DNA from: a bacterium
Lineage (GTDB): Bacteria > UBA10199 > 2-02-FULL-44-16 > JAAZCA01
Length of the DNA stretch: 64,000 nucleotides
Direction: 5' to 3'
Assembly (NCBI GenBank): GCA_021810905.1
Contig: JAJZQH010000014.1
Coordinates: forward strand, 12,369 to 76,368
A model generated the notes under the pieces. It was not told the origin of the DNA. It did no database searches and worked only from the letters and a program-made list of their open reading frames with translations. The position numbers and the translations under genes are program-made. This document shows, piece after piece, positions 58,268-64,000 of the stretch. Positions within the stretch are counted from its first letter, which is position 1. Each line of letters opens with the position of its first letter.

Positions 58268-59650
58268 TCAACGCCTTTTGATGAGTCCCCTTCGGGTAGC
58301 TCTGTCGAGCGCTTTGAGGCCGGTTTCAGCGTGCTGACTCATCCAGGGAAAGGTTGCCGTGACCGAGCGGATGGCCGAGGCGGCTGCTTCGCGAGCCTCT
58401 GCATTTTGGGGATTGTTCAGGGCGTTGATGAGCGGAGGAACCAAGGTTTCAGAGGCTGCGGAACATGTGGACAAAAACCTTTGCGATGACCAGGTATGGA
58501 TATGCTCAAGGGCCAGCGCTGATTCTTTGCGCACGTCCGGACTTGGATCCTTGAGTCCTGCGGTGAGTGAGGAGAAGACGGCTTTTGCACCACAGATTGG
58601 AGAAGTATTACCGAACCATCTGAGTTCGCCGAGGGCCCAGGCTGCGGCGGCGCGAACCGGCGCGCTTTGGTTATTTTGATTCTGGGTGAGGGCTGCCATC
58701 AGGGCCGGCCCGGCCGCATCGGCCTTCATCCGGCCGAGGGCCCACGCTGCTGCTGCACGAACGTTTGCCGTTTCGTGATCATCGTTCAGGACGTCGATCA
58801 GGGCAGGAATGGCCGCCGGAGCGTCAATCATGCCGAGGGAGCGAGCCGACGCCTCGCGAACTTTCGCGTCTGGATCGTTCTTCAAGGCTGCAATCAGGGT
58901 GACAGCGCGGGCAGGTTCGATCGAAGCGCCATCAGGGACACGCCCCATGCCCTGAGCCGCATTTTCGCGAACGGTTGCATCCTGATCATTCTTCAGGGCC
59001 GCCATCAGGGCTGTAATCCGGGCAGGCTCGGCCTGGCTGTCATTAAAGGTCTGGGCGAGGATCCGAACGGTCACCCTTCGAACGTTCACATCTGGATCCT
59101 GCAGTTTTGGGACGAGGGCGGGCACGGCGTCGGTTCCCAGCGGGCCGGTCAGCATGAGAGCCGCTTCTTGGCGAATGCCGCGGTTGGGATGCTTCAGCGC
59201 CGCCTCGACGAGGGCGGGGACAGCAACCGGACCCATCCTCATGATGACGCCGAGGGCTTTCGCAGCGTCCCTATCTTTCACGCTCCCTGAACGGCTCATA
59301 CACGTGAGGAGAGGGAGGACCGCCGCAGGACCGATGGCGACAAGGTCGAGGATTGCGCGCTCGACGCTGGCATCATCGGAACTCTTCAAGTCCTGAATGT
59401 ACCGTGTAATCTGGCGCTGCTGGACTTGTGGCCCTGTCCCGACCTGTGCCACCACGTTGCCGCTCCAGAAAGAAGGAACGAACTTGGCGCCAGGGAAGAA
59501 CTTGGCGTTGATCGATCCGGCCGTATGGAATTCACCGCTCGCCATGTTGTCGTCGGAAGCGCCTTTGAGCGCCGGCGCCGAAGGCGGCGGTGATGGAGGC
59601 ACGCCTCCAACCAGCGCATTCCTGACCGCTTCAAGATTCTGTGTCTTCAT
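58268..59650 (-). CDS. HEAT (PBS lyase-type) repeat protein with Pro-rich N-terminus
   Basis: Repeated LxD.D..VR..AA.ALG units. Confidence 0.85.
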   Translation of the reverse strand: MKTQNLEAVRNALVGGVPPSPPPSAPALKGASDDNMASGEFHTAGSINAKFFPGAKFVPSFWSGNVVAQVGTGPQVQQRQITRYIQDLKSSDDASVERAILDLVAIGPAAVLPLLTCMSRSGSVKDRDAAKALGVIMRMGPVAVPALVEAALKHPNRGIRQEAALMLTGPLGTDAVPALVPKLQDPDVNVRRVTVRILAQTFNDSQAEPARITALMAALKNDQDATVRENAAQGMGRVPDGASIEPARAVTLIAALKNDPDAKVREASARSLGMIDAPAAIPALIDVLNDDHETANVRAAAAWALGRMKADAAGPALMAALTQNQNNQSAPVRAAAAWALGELRWFGNTSPICGAKAVFSSLTAGLKDPSPDVRKESALALEHIHTWSSQRFLSTCSAASETLVPPLINALNNPQNAEAREAAASAIRSVTATFPWMSQHAETGLKALDRATRRGLIKRR

Positions 59651-59772
59651 CTTTTCCTCCCTGCTTTTCTCAAGCTATCTGAGAACTCAAGATGGAGCAA
59701 GTGTTGCACGTGTACTTCATGGAATAACGGCACTACGATCTTTCGCTTTGGCTGATGATTTCTCGCCCCTTG

Positions 59773-59799
59773 TTTTCGTCGATCGTGGCGAAATGTTGC
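59773..59799 (-). promoter_or_regulatory. GCAACT-N13 motif, site 6 (degenerate)
   Basis: GCAACA TTTCGCCACGATC GACGAAAA, 122 nt before the HEAT gene. Confidence 0.5.
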
Positions 59800-59943
59800 T
59801 ATCAAATTGAGCTCTCCAGAAATAAGGTGATCAGAAAGCTCCGAACAGTTGGACATCCTGTGTCGGGAGGAACGGATTTTGTTGTTGAGATCGCTCTGAT
59901 ATTTCGAAATGTGAGGACTCTCGGAGATCCTCATCTTTTCCGA

Positions 59944-59970
59944 GCAACTTTTTCTGCGCCTGAGCGATAA
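59944..59970 (+). promoter_or_regulatory. GCAACT-N13 motif, site 7
   Basis: GCAACT TTTTCTGCGCCTG AGCGATAA, 49 nt before ATG 60020. Confidence 0.72.
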
Positions 59971-60019
59971 GAGAGAGGATCCTCTTGCTTCCGGAATCGG
60001 AACGAGGGGAGGGTCGACC

Positions 60020-61642
60020 ATGGATATGATGAATACGACATCAAGCGGGTTTTGGATGTACTCCCTGGCTGTGGCTGCGGGTACGGAGGCAGAGTTGCCC
60101 GATTTTCCGCAAGAATCCGGCCAACCGGAATTCGCGGTGGCGGCAGATGACGGCGCGTCCTCGTCGTCGCTTGAAGCCCTGCCGCGCGATGTCACGGCAG
60201 GAAGGCCCTTCGGGCGCTCGGCCGCGCGCTTCGCCGCGGATGCATCAGCGCTTGAGGAGCTGGCGGGCCCGATCCTGACGCGTGAAGGAAAGGACAGCGC
60301 CGAATGCAACCGCCAGTTGACGGCATCTGGAAGTTCCCCCCTCGGGAACGTCGGGCGAAGGGATGGATCGGACGAACACGGCCTGCAATGTGCATCAAAG
60401 GGAGATCGCTCCAATGTCGTTCGCGAGGCGATCCAGGTTCTGCGCACGGATTTGCGCGCGACTGAGGCGGCTGGGAAGGAAGAGGAAGTGGCCTATCTGC
60501 GCTCGCGCGATGCGATCGCTGCTTTACTCAGGGTTCTGCGGGTTGGAGAGCGCGAATATGACGATGCTGCAGCGGAGAGGGCTTTTGTCCTGCGGGAACT
60601 GCTTCCGATCGCCCATCGCGTCTACGAAGAAATTGCGGCTCTCAAGAATCCAGCGAGGTTTTTTTTGCGCGGCTGGTTTGGGATCCAGGAGCTTCTCCCA
60701 CGGTATCAGGTCTCTGAGCTCTTTCCCCTTCTCACGGAATTCCCTCCGCCATTCCAGCGAGACGTGCTGAGCATGGTCCTGCGTGGGCCTGTTACATCCC
60801 ATGCGCCCAGAGAACTGGAGGCGTTTCTCGGGCGGCCTGAGGTCTTTGAGCATCTGCTTTTTCAGATACCTGCGTTCATGACCGAAGACAGACCAATTGT
60901 TTCATGTATTGATGGTGAAACGCTTCCTTCGGTCCTTCTCAAGAGGATCGTGAAGACGGATTTTGCCCTCAGGTTCCCTGCATTGTGGAAGGCGTTGGGG
61001 GCCGCATCGCTCGCTTCGTCCAGGATGGCGCTTGCCGTGATCGAGGCCTATTTGATGAGCGACCATAACAACGCACAGCCCTTTGTGAGGGGGATGGCGT
61101 CAGCGATCAGAAGCGGCGCGATCTCTTTGCCGGCTGCCCTGGCGACGCTGGACCGCATTCGCAAAGGGATGTCGGTTGAAGCCATCGCACCGCTCTCCTT
61201 TGACGGCGATCCGCTCGTCTCATCGCTGGCTGCCAGAGCTCTCGTGGTATGCGGCAACACGAAGAAGCTCGCGGATGTCGTGAAGGGGTGGATTCGGCGC
61301 GGTGCGTGGGAGAGGGCCTTTGAGACGATCAATGCGGCAACGGTATTTTCTCAGGGCGAAGAAGGAACGGTGTCGAGGCTGAAACCCCGGGAGATCGTGC
61401 TCTTCGTCTCCGTCGTCGAGCGGATGCTCGCGTCGGACAAACCTCGCCTGCGTTCGAGCGCCCTGACGCTCCTTCTGAGGATCGCGCCGGAGAGAGCGGA
61501 AGAAGCGCTTGTGGCAGCAGCCCGCGATTCGGATGCCGCCGTACGAAGGCGTGCGGAGGCATTGTCTGCCGCTCTTCCGCCATCACGGGATCAAGCCGCG
61601 GAAGATGAAGAGCGCGACGATGGCGATCCACTTCCCGAATAA
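60020..61642 (+). CDS. Hypothetical helical protein with C-terminal HEAT-like repeats
   Basis: GGGAGG SD; LASDKPRLRSSALTLL, ARDSDAAVRRRA. Confidence 0.72.
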   Translation: MDMMNTTSSGFWMYSLAVAAGTEAELPDFPQESGQPEFAVAADDGASSSSLEALPRDVTAGRPFGRSAARFAADASALEELAGPILTREGKDSAECNRQLTASGSSPLGNVGRRDGSDEHGLQCASKGDRSNVVREAIQVLRTDLRATEAAGKEEEVAYLRSRDAIAALLRVLRVGEREYDDAAAERAFVLRELLPIAHRVYEEIAALKNPARFFLRGWFGIQELLPRYQVSELFPLLTEFPPPFQRDVLSMVLRGPVTSHAPRELEAFLGRPEVFEHLLFQIPAFMTEDRPIVSCIDGETLPSVLLKRIVKTDFALRFPALWKALGAASLASSRMALAVIEAYLMSDHNNAQPFVRGMASAIRSGAISLPAALATLDRIRKGMSVEAIAPLSFDGDPLVSSLAARALVVCGNTKKLADVVKGWIRRGAWERAFETINAATVFSQGEEGTVSRLKPREIVLFVSVVERMLASDKPRLRSSALTLLLRIAPERAEEALVAAARDSDAAVRRRAEALSAALPPSRDQAAEDEERDDGDPLPE

Positions 61643-61986
61643 TGTTGTCATCTCATCCCAAAACTCCCGTAACAGCGGATTCAAATCGCTCTGAAGACAA
61701 GACCGGGATTGAGTTTGACGCGGTCGCCGTGCCCCACGAGTTCCCGCCCATTGCGATTGGCCTGAAGAGAGAGGTCGTGCGCCGAGTCGTCCTCACAGTC
61801 CCCTCAGACGGAGCGAAATGGAGAAAACGCACGATAAATGCAGCCAGCATCGCTGCCTGCTCCTGCTCCGTCGCACGGAAACCCCACTGTCCTGCTCCGT
61901 CTGCACTCTTCGTCTGCAATTCACTCTTGAAGCCCGGAGGCTGCGATGATACTGCGGTGTCGGTCTTCAACCTCCAGGAGTTTCCC

Positions 61987-62367
61987 ATGGCGGTCTTCAC
62001 CTACATCTGGGAGTTCATCGTTCGACCGGAACACATGGCGGCGTTTGTGGCTGCTTATGGGCCCGGGGGAGATTGGGTGAGGTTCTTCAGTCGCGATCCC
62101 CTCTACCTCGGGACCGAGCTGCTGCGCGACCGCGAGCGTCCGGAGCGCTTCATCACCAGGGACAGCTGGGCGACGCGCGATGCGCGTTTCTCGTTTCGCG
62201 AGCGTTTCCGCGCCGAATACGACGCGATCGACGCGAGGTGCGAGGCCTTCACGCACGAAGAACGCCGCCTCGGGGATTTCGAGGTCGTCGCCGGCCATCT
62301 CTCCTCTTCGGATCAGGCAGAGGGCTACCGGTTTCCGATCGGCCGTATGGGAAGTTCGTCGAGATGA
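61987..62367 (+). CDS. ABM (antibiotic biosynthesis monooxygenase)-like protein
   Basis: AGGAG SD; IWEFIV...F...YGPGGDW..FF....YLGTELLRD. Confidence 0.75.
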   Translation: MAVFTYIWEFIVRPEHMAAFVAAYGPGGDWVRFFSRDPLYLGTELLRDRERPERFITRDSWATRDARFSFRERFRAEYDAIDARCEAFTHEERRLGDFEVVAGHLSSSDQAEGYRFPIGRMGSSSR

Positions 62368-62439
62368 TCTTGATTCGCAACGCGGCGCTCGATGACCTTC
62401 TCGTGCCCCGGCATGATGCTGTCGCAGGCGATCAAGTGA

Positions 62440-63855
62440 TCAGATTGCCCTGAACACGATTCCCGGCGTCAGTTTGACGCGATCGCCATGCGCGACGAGT
62501 TCCAGCTCATTGCGATTTCCCTGCAGATAGCGATCATGTGCAGGGTCGTCGTCGAAAATGACCGTTACGTCACCCCTCAGCGCCCTGACATCGCTTTTAT
62601 CCGTGCCTCTTGGACGGGTGATCAGCGCGTGAGCACGGGAGAGCTGGCTCCTGGGATCATGCAGGGGGACGTAGTAAAGTTTCCCGGCTGGATGATTCCT
62701 GAAAAAGTACTCGATCGCCTCGTTAATCCTTTGTCGTGTGGCGTTGTCCCAATTTTCTCCACCGCCTCTGCCGATGATGTAACCGACCTCTTCATCTGGC
62801 AAAGTGAATGCATACATGCTTCGCGCCGCATCCCATGCAAAGGGAGTGGGGAGCATGATGTTCGGATTATCCCATCGGCCCGTGGTCGGATCAAAGGCGT
62901 AGGCGAGCTGCACCGGAGACCAGGTGAGCTGCTGGAATGGGATCTCTCCTTTTTCATAAGGGGTTCGCTGGACCATCGCTCCAGCCATATTGCCTACCGT
63001 TGCAGCGCCGGGTACGGCTGACGCGCCATTCTGCTGGGGCGCCGGTGCGACACCTCCGACTGTCTGATACACGGACCGGCGTGCGCCTGTCGCGGGCGCT
63101 GCAGCGCCGTTGGGGACAACGGTGAATCCTGTCCTGGAGGCGCCAACGAAAGTCTCATGGCTGAATCCTCCCATATGCGTGACCGTCCTTGAAGCATTTG
63201 AAAAATCATCCACGCCGCGACGGATATCTTCGTTGGTTCGCGGCAAGACCTTGATCCATTGTTCGGGTATGCCCATGCTGCTGAAGACGCTGAAAAAATC
63301 GGTGTGTCCGTCTTCCACGCCAAGGCCGGCGAAAATATGTCGTCCGGTGGCAAGCATCGATTCCACCCGGCTCCGAATCGCGTTGACATCGCCGCCATCG
63401 GTATCAGCGCCGTCCGTCATGAGCCATGTCATCGTATAAACCGAGCGCCCCCGCTCAAATCCTCTTACGGCTGCTTCGATCTCGTCGAGGGCCACCGGAA
63501 TCTGTCGATACAGGGGGGTCGAAAGGCTGGGACGATAATTTTCCCGATTCATCCGCGGCGCGGATTTCGGCGGCTGGTACTTATCAGACAATCCGCCACC
63601 ATTTAAGAATCGCGTCCTGATCAGCACTTCCTGTTCGGCACCCTGATACCTGGTCAGCAGGTCATTATGCGCATCCCTGATGGCGCCGTCATTACGATAA
63701 CTCGCGATAGAGCTGGAGTCGTCAACGATGCCGGTGACCAATATCAATGGAGGTTGTTCGACAATCTCTATTTCTGATTCTGCTTCTGCTTCAGCTGCGG
63801 CAGGAAGCAACAATGCTAATTCCGGTATGGAGCCTGCTCCTGGAATGTTTGCCAT
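62440..63855 (-). CDS. vWA-domain protein with probable C-terminal FHA-like domain
   Basis: MIDAS IVDDSSS, TPLY, MTDG; IIGR...LSRAHALI. Confidence 0.72.
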   Translation of the reverse strand: MANIPGAGSIPELALLLPAAAEAEAESEIEIVEQPPLILVTGIVDDSSSIASYRNDGAIRDAHNDLLTRYQGAEQEVLIRTRFLNGGGLSDKYQPPKSAPRMNRENYRPSLSTPLYRQIPVALDEIEAAVRGFERGRSVYTMTWLMTDGADTDGGDVNAIRSRVESMLATGRHIFAGLGVEDGHTDFFSVFSSMGIPEQWIKVLPRTNEDIRRGVDDFSNASRTVTHMGGFSHETFVGASRTGFTVVPNGAAAPATGARRSVYQTVGGVAPAPQQNGASAVPGAATVGNMAGAMVQRTPYEKGEIPFQQLTWSPVQLAYAFDPTTGRWDNPNIMLPTPFAWDAARSMYAFTLPDEEVGYIIGRGGGENWDNATRQRINEAIEYFFRNHPAGKLYYVPLHDPRSQLSRAHALITRPRGTDKSDVRALRGDVTVIFDDDPAHDRYLQGNRNELELVAHGDRVKLTPGIVFRAI

Positions 63856-63891
63856 GGCGATTTCCTTTGCTGTTCATGCGTTTCATCGTCT

Positions 63892-63918
63892 TTATCGGCG
63901 GTTTACATGGATAGTTGC
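63892..63918 (-). promoter_or_regulatory. GCAACT-N13-GCCGATAA motif, site 8
   Basis: GCAACT ATCCATGTAAACC GCCGATAA, 36 nt before ATG 63855. Confidence 0.8.
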
Positions 63919-64000
63919 GTAATAAATGCAGGAGTCAAAAAAAAGGTCGGCCAGGATCGGAAAAGGCGTTTCTCCTGATTCCTACACCATGTAATATTGG

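Overview
GC-rich bacterial chromosomal segment; gene content suggests a deltaproteobacterial-type diderm (inference). Housekeeping genes include a two-component pair, pyk, era, gltB, tRNA-Met, der, yfgM/bamB-like, guaBA, dnaE, hflX, lipB, a DacZ-type diadenylate cyclase, dsbD and folE. A 10.5-kb arsenic resistance island (arsR, acr3, usp, arsD, arsA, arsEFG-like, two arsC, arsP) carries an embedded Fe-S module whose sufC-like gene is broken by a deletion. The strongest unexplained signal is a 27-bp bipartite motif, GCAACT-N13-(G)CCGATAA, found 8 times with invariant spacing. It is always upstream of, and co-oriented with, a lineage-specific gene that lacks a signal peptide. This looks like a sigma-28-like or ECF-like regulon of putative effector genes. 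Two orphan genes that do have signal peptides carry sigma-54 boxes instead. Also seen: two back-to-back rod-like RNA hairpins (about 230 and 345 nt) filling an intergenic region, palindromic repeats inserted in frame in gltB and dsbD, convergent heptamer/octamer repeat hairpins, new-looking protein repeats, probable non-canonical start codons and leaderless promoters.
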